From: a virus
Lineage: Duplodnaviria > Caudoviricetes
Length of the DNA: 64,000 nt
Direction: 5' to 3' (one strand)
Virus record (IMG/VR): IMGVR_UViG_3300028591_000073
Span: 160,001-224,000 of that record
The notes below the pieces were generated by a model. That model had not been told where the DNA came from and ran no database searches. It saw only the letters and a program-made list of their open reading frames with translations. Each line of letters starts with the position of its first letter. Position 1 is the stretch's first letter. This document shows positions 36,869 through 48,000 of the stretch, piece by piece. The position numbers were made by a program, and so were the translations under genes.

Positions 36869-37888
36869 ATGGAAAAAATAGAAGATTATTTAGTAGAAAC
36901 GACGATTGGTGACATGAAGGATGGAAGACTGATTCGCATGTATTATCAAGGGAAAGGATATGCGGATGACAAAGAATGGTCTTTAATGACACAACCAGTA
37001 TTTTCCAGACCGATTGATGGAGAGGTAGAAGCACCGGTTGTCAACAACAGCACTTATGGTGCTTATGTGTTTTCACCTACTCCGGTGGTACATCCAACGG
37101 TACCAATTCGTTTTGATAAAAAGGATGCAATAGGATATGACATCTATATCAACATCGATAACTGTGATTTGGATTCTGACAGATTTAATATCAACAAAAT
37201 TGGCTTCGGTATCCACAGTGATGGTATCACATTAAGTGGTTCATTGCATCCTATCGAAGGTCCTGTAGTGTCTGATAATCCTATAGAAAATATGCGTAAT
37301 TTGTGGATATATGGTATTAGTGACCCGCTCACTGATGATTTGTATGGATTATATGGTCATAACTGTCATGTTCGGAGGATACCAATCGTGTTCAAACTGA
37401 TTGAATCAGCATGGAATTTCCTTAAAGGTGATAAACCAATCTGGAAATTCGACAAATCTTTCATGAGCAACGATACAGATGAGCAAGCTTGGAAAATGGT
37501 AGTCACAATGATTTTGAATTCGGAATATACAATGCTTCATCAATCTTTGATGAATGATTATATTGCCGAAGCAGAAAATTACTTTCATAGGATGGAAGAA
37601 AATGAGAAAGATATTAAATCATTGGCCGGTGGCAATACCATTGCCATACCCATGCATAATTACCCGTATTCGTATTTTCAGGATGCATTTGTATTCATGT
37701 CAGATTTCTTTGATATCTTGACCGAATGTAACAAGTTGGAATTATTACGCCAGATTCCATTGGAAACGCGGTCAAAGATGATTCAATTATTTAACAAAGC
37801 TGGAAAACATGAATTAGTGGCTTTATTAAACCACTACCACAAAGGTGACTATAGGTCACTTGATACAATGGAGGGGTGGGAGTTATAA
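36869..37888 (+). CDS. LNHY..WEL family paralogue (4)
   Basis: Near-duplicate ends with 38001..38930. Confidence 0.8.
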   Translation: MEKIEDYLVETTIGDMKDGRLIRMYYQGKGYADDKEWSLMTQPVFSRPIDGEVEAPVVNNSTYGAYVFSPTPVVHPTVPIRFDKKDAIGYDIYINIDNCDLDSDRFNINKIGFGIHSDGITLSGSLHPIEGPVVSDNPIENMRNLWIYGISDPLTDDLYGLYGHNCHVRRIPIVFKLIESAWNFLKGDKPIWKFDKSFMSNDTDEQAWKMVVTMILNSEYTMLHQSLMNDYIAEAENYFHRMEENEKDIKSLAGGNTIAIPMHNYPYSYFQDAFVFMSDFFDILTECNKLELLRQIPLETRSKMIQLFNKAGKHELVALLNHYHKGDYRSLDTMEGWEL

Positions 37889-38000
37889 AAGTAGAGCACA
37901 ATGGCCGGGCTAAGCCCGGCCTACATACTCTGTCGTATCTATCAATAAATAATAACAGATAGAGTTTATAATTAATTAATTTATTATAGGAGGATTCATT

Positions 38001-38930
38001 ATGGAAAAAATAGAAGATTATTTAGTAGAAACTACAATTAGTGACATAAAGGATGGGTCACCAGTACGTGTTTATTATCAAGGAAATGGAAATGTAGATG
38101 ACAAAAAAGCGTCTTTAATAACAAACCCAATATTTTCCGAACCAATTGATGGAGAAGTAGAAGCTCTGTGTAACTTCCCCGACAATTACGTCTATTGTGT
38201 TTTTCCATCTCGTTTAGAACATCCAAAGGCGCCGATTCGTTTTGATAAAAAGGATGCATTAGGATGTGACATCTATATCAACATCGATAACTGTGATTTG
38301 GATTCTGACAGCTTTAATATCAACGAATTCAGATTCATCATCTATAGTGATGATATCACATTAAGTTGTTCATTATATCCCGCCACAGTTCCTAAATTCA
38401 TTAATGATTTGGATTGGAAATTATATGGCCCTAACCATCGTGTTCGAAATATACCAATCGTATTAGATTTAATTAAATCAGTATGGAATTTCCTTAAAGG
38501 TGATAAACCAATCTGGGAAGTGGAAGACAAATATTCTATCACCACCGAGACAAATATACAAGTTTGGAATACGGTGATTAAAATGATTCTAAATTCAGAA
38601 TACGCCATCCTTCATCAAAGATTGATGGGTGATTATATTACTGAAGTAGAACATTTGGTTGATAATATGGAAGACTATACTAGAGACTGTATCAATTCCA
38701 TGTTCAAACGTAAACCGTTGGATTATGATTTCAATTATACAGTTACCCTCATTGATATCTTGAAAGAATGTGATAAGTTGGAATTATTACGTCAGATTCC
38801 ATTGGATACACGTTCAAAGATGATTCAATTGTTTAATAAAACTGGAAAACATGAAGTGGTAGCTTTATTAAATCATTACCACAAAGGAGACTATAAGTCT
38901 CTTGATACAATGGAAGGTTGGGAGTTATAA
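38001..38930 (+). CDS. LNHY..WEL family paralogue (5)
   Basis: Duplicate of 36869..37888 with indels in the middle. Confidence 0.8.
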   Translation: MEKIEDYLVETTISDIKDGSPVRVYYQGNGNVDDKKASLITNPIFSEPIDGEVEALCNFPDNYVYCVFPSRLEHPKAPIRFDKKDALGCDIYINIDNCDLDSDSFNINEFRFIIYSDDITLSCSLYPATVPKFINDLDWKLYGPNHRVRNIPIVLDLIKSVWNFLKGDKPIWEVEDKYSITTETNIQVWNTVIKMILNSEYAILHQRLMGDYITEVEHLVDNMEDYTRDCINSMFKRKPLDYDFNYTVTLIDILKECDKLELLRQIPLDTRSKMIQLFNKTGKHEVVALLNHYHKGDYKSLDTMEGWEL

Positions 38931-39179
38931 AGCTTATAAAGTTAGAGTACAACGGCCGGGCTTAGCCCGGCCTACATACTCTGTCGTATCTATCAATAAA
39001 TAATGAAAGGATGTCTTTTTTATATCACCGATGAGGAAAGCGAGGAATAACTCATCGGTGATACTATTTAATGGAGGTCGTACCTATGCCAAGTACGCAA
39101 GTAACAATGCAGTTGGTGAATACATTGTACTCTACCTATATGTTATCCAACACATACAATTATTTCTTTATTCTACACA

Positions 39180-39335
39180 AAGGCTTTTCCATCGCGACTT
39201 TTGTAACTGTTTTCTTTTGTGTACAATATGACTGATACTAATACTACTATATCTATTACTGTAAAATCCCTATTGTATACAATGTATATTATAATATTAT
39301 ATGGCTTCGCCTTATCATTCCGTCAATATGTAGTA
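39180..39335. repeat. non-coding ~150-bp element; inverted copy at about 53815-53978
   Basis: 37-nt exact match AAGGCTTTTCCATCGCGACTTTTGTAACTGTTTTCTT plus TATTGTATACAATGTATATTATA and CCGTCAATA blocks in the same order. Confidence 0.8.
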
Positions 39336-39660
39336 ACAGTTTTTATTATAAAATATGATAAAAATATTCTATTATTTCAATATTTGAAATATATATAATT
39401 AATATGATAAAGAAGATAATAATTTATCTACTATATCGAGATGACATAACATCCCAAACTTGGGACTAGCTATATGCTAGTGACCTAACGGGATTCCTGT
39501 GCGTACAGGCCGTCGAAAGATATGGGGATAGATTGTATCTATCATTATCCAGTTATACTCAAGCTCGCCATAGGCAGCTAGTCACTGTTGATCGAGAGGC
39601 GTGAAATACCTCATTGATCAGGCTTGATATAATTGAAATAACTCTAAGGAGGATTTTACT

Positions 39661-40326
39661 ATGGCAAGAAATATTTTTGGCGGAAACCTGATTCTGGATT
39701 CTATCCAGAACGGTCTGTGTGGCGGTTACAACAATACCACTGTGAAGGAACAGGAGGTTGCTCCTATCTCCATTAAAACAGTGCCGACAACCCCCACAAC
39801 TGCTGCACCTGTTCCGGTACAGACTCAGACCCCCGTACCCACACCGCAGGTTCCCCAGGCACAGAGCCATGTACAGGTACAGCCGTCCGCAGAGGCTGCT
39901 ATGTATCTCGGTGCTCACGCATATGTGCAGGCACTGAGAGCTCAGCAGCAGGCACAGGCGAACGCTGCAAACATCGCAGCAAATCAGCACCTTGCTGACG
40001 CCCGCCACAAAGGCCAGGTGGCCTTTAACAAGATGGTGGGTGAAGCCATCGGAGAATGTGCCGAAGGCATTCATCAGAATGCTGAGGCCATTCGTGGCCT
40101 TCAGCACAGAGCAGCCAATGCTGAAGCTCGCGCCAAAGCCCAGCAGGCTGAGCTCGATGCAGCAAAGGCCGAGATGCAGAAGCTGAAAGCTGAACAGGCT
40201 GCCCAAAAGGCTGAGATTGAAAAGCTCAAGGCCCACAACAAAATCCAGGATAAGCGCCTGGATAATGTTGAGGCCAATATGAGAAAGGCCAACGCTTTCA
40301 TGCAGAAATTCGGAAAGAAGAAATGA
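39661..40326 (+). CDS. Pro/Gln/Ala-rich coiled-coil protein
   Basis: AAGGAGG RBS, GC-rich codon usage, long heptad region, palindrome terminator. Confidence 0.75.
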   Translation: MARNIFGGNLILDSIQNGLCGGYNNTTVKEQEVAPISIKTVPTTPTTAAPVPVQTQTPVPTPQVPQAQSHVQVQPSAEAAMYLGAHAYVQALRAQQQAQANAANIAANQHLADARHKGQVAFNKMVGEAIGECAEGIHQNAEAIRGLQHRAANAEARAKAQQAELDAAKAEMQKLKAEQAAQKAEIEKLKAHNKIQDKRLDNVEANMRKANAFMQKFGKKK

Positions 40327-40457
40327 TTTCCATATCTACATGATAATCTGCCTGCCTGAATCCTGCATCTGCCGTCACCACAACAACTCCCCCGCATATG
40401 CGGGGGAGACACGGTTGCGGGTTCATGCTAACAGCAAAAATGTTTTTTATTGTTTTT

Positions 40458-43400
40458 TCATTTTATCGTATCCCATGTAGATGTTTCAGAATTGAATGCA
40501 TGGAATTTGATTCCCGTATCTGCACGATCTTCCATAATGATTGTACGAGCAGATTCATCATACCCCGTCTCTTCATTGTAGATTCGGTCAATTGTGCTAA
40601 TGCTTGTGGAATGGATCAACTGCATTTGAATGGGGATATGACGTGTATTTGTTTCATCATTCTCAAAGATGAAACCATGTACTCGTGGGAATACACAGGT
40701 CCAGTTGCCAGTTGGTAATACATCGATTTCATCCTTTAATGTACCTCGACTGAGTATCAGTTTGAAGTCTTCATCCAAATATACATGTTCACCAGAAGTG
40801 TCTTCCTCATGATAGATGGAGTTTGTATAGATATCATAATCCAATATCAATTCACCAAGTGTATTTTTTGTAAACAAAGAAGGTGTCTCAGCACGGTTGT
40901 CGGAATAGATGTCGATATCAGCCCAATCATTCTGAATACGTTCGATATAGAAAGATTGTCTTTCTTGGTCGATATGGTACTTCTCATGGAATGTAGATGT
41001 TGGATCGAATACCCACATCATAGGTCCTACATTCGGAACATCCCAAACAATTGTAGTATTGGCATTGGAATTAGTATACTTTTCATACTTTAACGAATTC
41101 TGAGGTAGTAATGACCAATCATCTCCAGCAACTAAATTATTGAATCCACGTGCAATGATCAAGCATTCAAATTCTGTATTTGTCACATTCTTTGGTTCTG
41201 TCCATTTAAATGCCAAATAACAATCAGATTGCAAAACATCATTATCTTTCAATACTTCCCAAACATTATCCGTGATTCTTTCAATTGGCTTTGTTACTTC
41301 TTCTCCATTCATAGTTGTTGTCTCAGTTTCACGTTTTTCAACGTTGTAACGAAGCATACCATTCCCAGCTCCTAATTTACTATGAGAACGGAATTTACAC
41401 AAATCAATCTCATGTAATTTGTTAGTGGTTGATCCAATATCATCCACTTCAATTGGTGTTGATTTTGTATCGATGATATGCACAAATGATGGTGTGGATA
41501 AGGTATCCAACCAAACTGGAAGATTGTGATCTTCATATAAAATACTCATCACAGATATCCGACGAGGAAGCATCATGGATGTGACAGCATCATATGTGGT
41601 CTGATGATATTGATCAGATGTGCCTCCTTGGAATTCGGCAAGCTGTGTATCAGAAACCCATTTCTCTTCATCAGTATCATACAAATATAACCACAAACCA
41701 TCATCCAATTTCACCAATGCAAATAAGTCTGTAAATAAATCGCCATATGTTGGAATATAATCCATCAGATTCTTCAAATGTAATGTACATTTAAATCCAG
41801 TACCATTTCCAATTGCTGGTGAAGTACCATAAGATTTTGTGTATTCACTGATAATCACACCATCACTGTCTGTATGCAAATCGAAGTTGGAAATCGAAAT
41901 GGGATCATATGTCGACTCATCCATAGAACCAACCTTCATTGCAGAAATTGTGAATTCTTTGACTCCTCCACCACTTGTAATGTCTGTTACATTATATTGG
42001 AATGCGAATCCACCAATATAGATATAACCGACATCGCCAAATTGATATCCGGTACCAGCTGCTGTGATTTCACCGGCTTCTACCAAACTTGGATCGATTC
42101 TATTTTCCAAATTCAGTAATTGATGATACATCTTGTCCGATAAATCAAAACTGTTCAATTCAGATAGATTTTCGAATACATATCCTTTACGTGTATATGA
42201 TACGCTTCCAGACTTCTTGGCATCATCATATGCCGTCATCGACATGATTGTGAAATTCTTTTGATAACTTTCGATCGCCTTTTTGAAGTATGTGGCTTTT
42301 GTTTCTTCATCTTCCCATGCTTGGTTGATTTGCAATTCATATTCTTCATCGGATGTATTTTCATCTTGCGGGTTATCTAATTTAAACAAAGCAAATGCTT
42401 TTCTCATTACTTCATCAAATGTCAAAGTTTCTGTAATTGTGGGACGAACCCAATGACTTCCCATTTTGTTATATAAGCGATCTTTATCTTCCGTTGAGAA
42501 ATTCACATCTGTTCTGACATAGTTTGGATCAACAACAGACACTGGTGCAATACCAGAGATGCCAGTTAATTGTACAATCGATGTAGGAATATCACAGATA
42601 CGAGCAACGGTTCTGTCTGGCTTTGGATATTTGGAAGTGCGATTATTTTCATATTCTGCGTCATCATTGCTGAGATAATAGACACGACCAACATCCGATA
42701 TTTCAGATAAAGGATATAAATCAAATTGCAACCCAGTATCAATTGATTCGCCTGGCGTATGTCCAGAACCATAATCCGCATCATAAATTGTTTTGACAAT
42801 ATGCCAATATCCTTGTTCGGGGACATCATTGATTGTCAAATCTTGATATGGTGCAAAATCCAGTAACCTAAAGAATCGAACACGTCCAGATGCATCAATT
42901 CCTTTGTCTTTATAGATACTTGGTGAATAGATACGGCAAATGGTACGGTCTTGGTCATCGATACATGTTAATGGTGAATCTGGATACAGCTCCGGGTCAC
43001 CACTATCTTGAACGATAACACCAAATTTACAATCAATAGAACGGTACATGTTCCCACCATAACCATCATATTCAATCCAATATTCATACGCATATGTCAA
43101 ACGTTTCTTGCATTCATAAACATAAATGTCTTCATCTGTAATGGGGTTGTCAATATCGAATTCTATTGTTGTACCAGTTGTTGGATCGGTATATTCACCA
43201 ACAATATTCATGTTCGCTATCAATTCCGTATTATTCTGATATTTTGCAAATGGATAGGAATATAAGAAGCTATCAATCATTGTTTCACCATATGTTTTTG
43301 GCATATACAATTCACGTTCATCGGTGGTTAATCTCATCCATTCTAATTTCATTCTCGCAATATATGCAGACTTTGTTTCTCCTGATTCTTGTGGATGTGC

Positions 43401-45017
43401 TTCTTTATATGCTTCCAGACCTTTTTCTTGTCTGGTGCTTGCATACGTATTGAAATTTCTTCTGACATATTCTAAAAATACAACGCCCAACGGAATACCC
43501 TGATATTCTGCATCCATAGGCACTTCCATATTGGATATACATTCGGTGTAGAAATCATATTGAATATCGGGATTTTTACCAAGGTCGAATAATAGCGCTG
43601 CTGTTTGACGTGAGCCAGGAACCAGTGGATCGTAATTAGGTGCATTATGCAATGCATAAACTGCCATAAATTCACGAATACGATTTTCATCCATATCATT
43701 TAGCCATTGTGGTAAACCATCCCAAGTGTTCAATAGATATGGATAATATTGATAAGTGTCCGAATAGGGATTTCCAGAACTCATTTGAATACCGGTATAA
43801 CCGATATCTTTTGTGATGTGTACATTCTGCACAGTGTCAGAATAATATTGAATGTCCAATATTGGAATTAATGGATTATTTCCCAAAGCCATGCAGTTTT
43901 GATCGAAAACACTCATTTTGATTCGATATGTTCCCTCATCCACATATTCCCATTCTTCATTTGGATGCATGGTTAATACACTATGTGCGGTAGAAATGAG
44001 ATAGTCATAATCATCGATCTTAACCGTAAAATTCAAAGACTTGGAAAAGTCTGCATTGGTATGATTAAATGTACCAGAGCTAATTGTGACGATGAAATAC
44101 GATTCAGAAGTTGGTCCGTCTTCTGGTGTTGCATCTTGATTACCATCGGCACCAACGTATACTCTTGCGGAATATACATCAGAAGTTCCTTCGTTTCCGA
44201 AACACATTAATTGTGTTCCATTTACACTTCTGAATTTTGCATTAAGAATTCTTGGACCTTGTGAAAGCAATGTGGAATTGGCATCAAACCAGAATAATGG
44301 ATATCCAATAAATTGATTATCCGTCACACCAAGTGTATGATAAGATCCATTTCCTTCATACTCCAATGGAAGTGTTTGTAATGCGGATGCCAATGGATAA
44401 TAGTAATACACATTTCCCGTCGCGATCATGGAAGTTGTGGTTCCATCTTCCATACCAATCTGAATCGATTCAGAATAAGTCTGTGTGTCTTCATTCAATA
44501 ATTCTACATATGCTTTTTTTGTACGGAGCCATTTTGTGGCAAACACATCATCTGTTGAAGTACTACCGGCAAATGGAAGAATAACGGTTTCACAATCTTC
44601 AAATCGAATGCGATAATGTTTCGTTTTCGGTAAATCATCTGTCAAGGTATCATCTTCTGAAAAATCATCGGCATTTATATTTGTCGGATAATTAATAGAT
44701 GTGATACGTACAAAACAAAATCCAGCCACGTCACAACAATATGTGAATGCTGATGGTTCTAATGAAAAAATATATTCCAAATGATTTGTCAAAGAAATGG
44801 AATTCAAATCACCATATACCTTTTCCTGTTTTTCTGATTCCACAATAATGTCGGAACCCTTGTTATCAATTTGACCAATATATTGATCCCGCGTGACGGG
44901 ATCAATTAATGTCTTCTTTTTATCTGTTTTTAATAACCAATGTTTGCGTTCTTGCTCTGTAATTAACGCCAAACTGTTATAACCTAGATACCAATGAATC
45001 TTATGAATCATCTTCAT
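40458..45017 (-). CDS. large probable tail/baseplate-associated structural protein
   Basis: 1519 aa, beta-rich; shares GRVYYLSND..YENN..KP.RTVARICDIPT and AGTGY..GD domains with next gene. Confidence 0.65.
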   Translation of the reverse strand: MKMIHKIHWYLGYNSLALITEQERKHWLLKTDKKKTLIDPVTRDQYIGQIDNKGSDIIVESEKQEKVYGDLNSISLTNHLEYIFSLEPSAFTYCCDVAGFCFVRITSINYPTNINADDFSEDDTLTDDLPKTKHYRIRFEDCETVILPFAGSTSTDDVFATKWLRTKKAYVELLNEDTQTYSESIQIGMEDGTTTSMIATGNVYYYYPLASALQTLPLEYEGNGSYHTLGVTDNQFIGYPLFWFDANSTLLSQGPRILNAKFRSVNGTQLMCFGNEGTSDVYSARVYVGADGNQDATPEDGPTSESYFIVTISSGTFNHTNADFSKSLNFTVKIDDYDYLISTAHSVLTMHPNEEWEYVDEGTYRIKMSVFDQNCMALGNNPLIPILDIQYYSDTVQNVHITKDIGYTGIQMSSGNPYSDTYQYYPYLLNTWDGLPQWLNDMDENRIREFMAVYALHNAPNYDPLVPGSRQTAALLFDLGKNPDIQYDFYTECISNMEVPMDAEYQGIPLGVVFLEYVRRNFNTYASTRQEKGLEAYKEAHPQESGETKSAYIARMKLEWMRLTTDERELYMPKTYGETMIDSFLYSYPFAKYQNNTELIANMNIVGEYTDPTTGTTIEFDIDNPITDEDIYVYECKKRLTYAYEYWIEYDGYGGNMYRSIDCKFGVIVQDSGDPELYPDSPLTCIDDQDRTICRIYSPSIYKDKGIDASGRVRFFRLLDFAPYQDLTINDVPEQGYWHIVKTIYDADYGSGHTPGESIDTGLQFDLYPLSEISDVGRVYYLSNDDAEYENNRTSKYPKPDRTVARICDIPTSIVQLTGISGIAPVSVVDPNYVRTDVNFSTEDKDRLYNKMGSHWVRPTITETLTFDEVMRKAFALFKLDNPQDENTSDEEYELQINQAWEDEETKATYFKKAIESYQKNFTIMSMTAYDDAKKSGSVSYTRKGYVFENLSELNSFDLSDKMYHQLLNLENRIDPSLVEAGEITAAGTGYQFGDVGYIYIGGFAFQYNVTDITSGGGVKEFTISAMKVGSMDESTYDPISISNFDLHTDSDGVIISEYTKSYGTSPAIGNGTGFKCTLHLKNLMDYIPTYGDLFTDLFALVKLDDGLWLYLYDTDEEKWVSDTQLAEFQGGTSDQYHQTTYDAVTSMMLPRRISVMSILYEDHNLPVWLDTLSTPSFVHIIDTKSTPIEVDDIGSTTNKLHEIDLCKFRSHSKLGAGNGMLRYNVEKRETETTTMNGEEVTKPIERITDNVWEVLKDNDVLQSDCYLAFKWTEPKNVTNTEFECLIIARGFNNLVAGDDWSLLPQNSLKYEKYTNSNANTTIVWDVPNVGPMMWVFDPTSTFHEKYHIDQERQSFYIERIQNDWADIDIYSDNRAETPSLFTKNTLGELILDYDIYTNSIYHEEDTSGEHVYLDEDFKLILSRGTLKDEIDVLPTGNWTCVFPRVHGFIFENDETNTRHIPIQMQLIHSTSISTIDRIYNEETGYDESARTIIMEDRADTGIKFHAFNSETSTWDTIK

Positions 45018-48000
45018 CAGTCTCCTTTCCTGATACTAATTTCCATCGATCAATGGATTCGTTATAATAATATAGCCTCTTCCGATGTAATAAGATGCAA
45101 TATTTGGAAATATCTTCCATCGTCACATCATCCTTCATATGAAATCCTTGTAAAGTTGCATCATCTGGCAACTTGAAAAAGAATAGTAATTCAGAATCAT
45201 ACACGCCACCTCGACCAGTTCGATATGCTGAAGGATATTGACGAATGGAGATATTGTGCATCGCACCTGTTGGCTGTTCCGTTAATGGTTGATAACGGCG
45301 GTTTTGTGTTCGTAGCACAACATCATCCGCATTACCCAATTTTTGTAATGGTAATTTGTCATCATCTACATTGGGGTGATATGGGTGTTTTGGTTGGTCT
45401 ATCGTGCATTCTTCATAACCAATATACTTCCAAACATCCACATCCAATATCACACTACCGCTAATTTCTGTCCATAACTGTAACCCAGCGGATATTTGTG
45501 GAAAGTCTACATATAATACCTGATAATGATCTGTGGTTTGTGATATATTATATGTCACTTCCATCGTATTCTCATATGTTGTGGACTTTGGATTGAATAC
45601 ATAAACAATCGGTTGCATGTTTTTGTGATTTCGTATTTTACCAGTATTTGCAAATATCAATTGATTGGATAATCCACCTCTACTATGAAGCTTTGCTTTA
45701 TGTGCAACAGGTAATTTGAATTCACGATTGTTATTGATATTGGGATAGATTTGGTAAATGGAAATGTTGCGATGTTCTTCATCACCGACTTCTTTATATG
45801 TGATATAACTTCCTTCATACAAGATGGCATGATGATCGATATATTCCATCACTGCATTTTCATATAATGCTTTTGCTTCACTTGGATAATTGTTCATCAT
45901 CATATCTAATGTTTCATCGATGATTTCGCTTCTTGCAACAGTTGTGATATTAGATACAGCCCATAGATATTGATAAGAAGAACCGAATGTATATTTCGAA
46001 ATGTCCCATTGAAATTTTTGCATCATAATACTGAATAAACCACGATTCTTTCTGGTATCCATATCATCATATGGATTGTCAGTAATCGTATCACCTGTCA
46101 TTTGACAAACCGAAACCCATGATAGTCCTGTCAAGGCCAAATACTTCTCACGCCAATCATCACGGGAATCCCATAAAGATTGGATTCTTGTATCATACGC
46201 TTCATCAGTTTCATCATCATGTTGTCCCAAGTCCAAATCTTCTACCATCAATGCAATGGCTGCTTTTTCATCTTCATGATATTGATATTCGTATAACCAA
46301 ATATTTCCTAACATATCAAATTGAAATGTGAATAGATTCGGAATATGAGAATATCGGATATATTGCTCCATTAATACAGGAGAATCATATGGCCAAACAT
46401 GATCAGCTAAATGGAGATGTAATCGCAAACCTTGACTCTTGGATGCATATTGTGCCTTTTTAATTGTGAAACAATCGATGTAGGAATCTCTGGCATAAAA
46501 ATTCATAACGGGAATTTGTAAATCTGGGGCATCTGGATTATACGCTACAACCTCTGTCACACTGCCTGTTCCATCTACCGTTGCCACAACACCTTTCATG
46601 ATGTGTCCGGCAATATACCCTTGCACGGTATCTCCAACACGATAATCAACACCGCCACTGGCAATCGTCCAATAATAGTCACCATCCAATGCTTCATTCT
46701 TTGCATGAAGCCCATCTGTCATTGTAATCGTCGGATTTAAAATGGATGGTGCAAAATATGTCTCCCGCATGTATTCGTAGGATAATGTATCATCCAATAA
46801 TTCTTCCGCACCAAAGATATATCTGCCATTTTCATCATGAACAATCACACCATTATTGATGATTTGCCATACACGTTCACGATCCAACAAGGTATATGCT
46901 TGCTCGGATCTGGTGTAATATTCATCAATTGTTAAAGTTGGTGCAATACCCTTGATGCTGATGAGCTGTCCCATATCGGTTGGGATATCACAAATACGTG
47001 CAACCGTTCGTTTTGGTTTGCTCGCAATTGCAATTTCATTGTTTTCATAAGAAGCTCCATCATTGCTGAGATAATAAACTCTACCGGTTTCTAATTCTGG
47101 ATCCAATCCCATCACACCTAATGAGAATATACGATTTCCATGATAGATAAATTTCTGACTGTCTTGATATCCCTTCTTGTTGATATCAATAAATGTGTCA
47201 CGGTTGATGTATCCAATATCAGATGCGATATTATTTGCGGTTAGAATCTTATCTTCAATCGTCTTGTATGTTCTCATGTTTGCGTAATCAAAAACAATGG
47301 CTGATTCTGCATCTTCTACAATGTCATTCATTTTGGTTTGTGGAATTGCACTATCGATCAGCATGGCTGCAACATAATTGTTCATCGCAATATTCTGATT
47401 GACATCTGTTCTATCTTTAATGGCGTACATCTCCGTATGAGATCTGGATACGTCCCTCGGTAATTTGTAAGCATAATATGGAGGTAAACCATCGAAGTCT
47501 CCCAAATTAAAAATTGTTCCATTCTTTTTGATGACAGCATGTTGGGAATATTCCGATGAGGTATCTGAATGGATACCAATGGCAACATTATGTCGTGATA
47601 CATCATCATCCGTCAATACATCCATTTGTGGTATTATTTTAAAAATGGGATTCAGCAATGGAGAAGTATTTGTATATCCATATTCCATATATCCATAGAT
47701 GGGATTCTGGTATCTGGTACCATCATAATCCCAGTCACCATCGACAGGTTTCCGGAATTGCCAATGTGAAAATCCCCATATACCATCTTCTACAAATCGA
47801 AGTCTGACATGGTTGTTGTCAAATGTTACTTTCACAACACCACGATGATTATCTACTCCAAATGGATCATCATTTTCATAACCAACAAATTCGATATAAT
47901 CAATCTCTTGTGTTTGATTGGACTCGATATCATTTTTAGTTCCAATATTGAATACATAACGTGGATGTACACGGATTAACCAACGTGTGTTGGTAGATAC

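Larger units (their letters stand above)
36836..39003 (+). repeat. tandem duplication of about 1.1 kb (RBS, gene and GGCCGGGC-TAA/TTA-GCCCGGCC terminator region)
   Basis: AGTTTATAATTAATTAA..GGAGGATTCATTATGGAAAAAATAGAAG twice; GCCCGGCCTACATACTCTGTCGTATCTATCAATAAATAAT twice. Confidence 0.85.

Noticed and set aside
36869-38930. Diversity-generating retroelement (TR/VR pair)
   Set aside because: Both copies are full genes, differences include indels and do not appear confined to adenines, and no reverse transcriptase is present in the window.
39559-40412. Antisense ORFs 39559..40236 and 40101..40412 (also 57946..58653 and similar shadows)
   Set aside because: Shadows of codon-biased genes on the other strand; no RBS.
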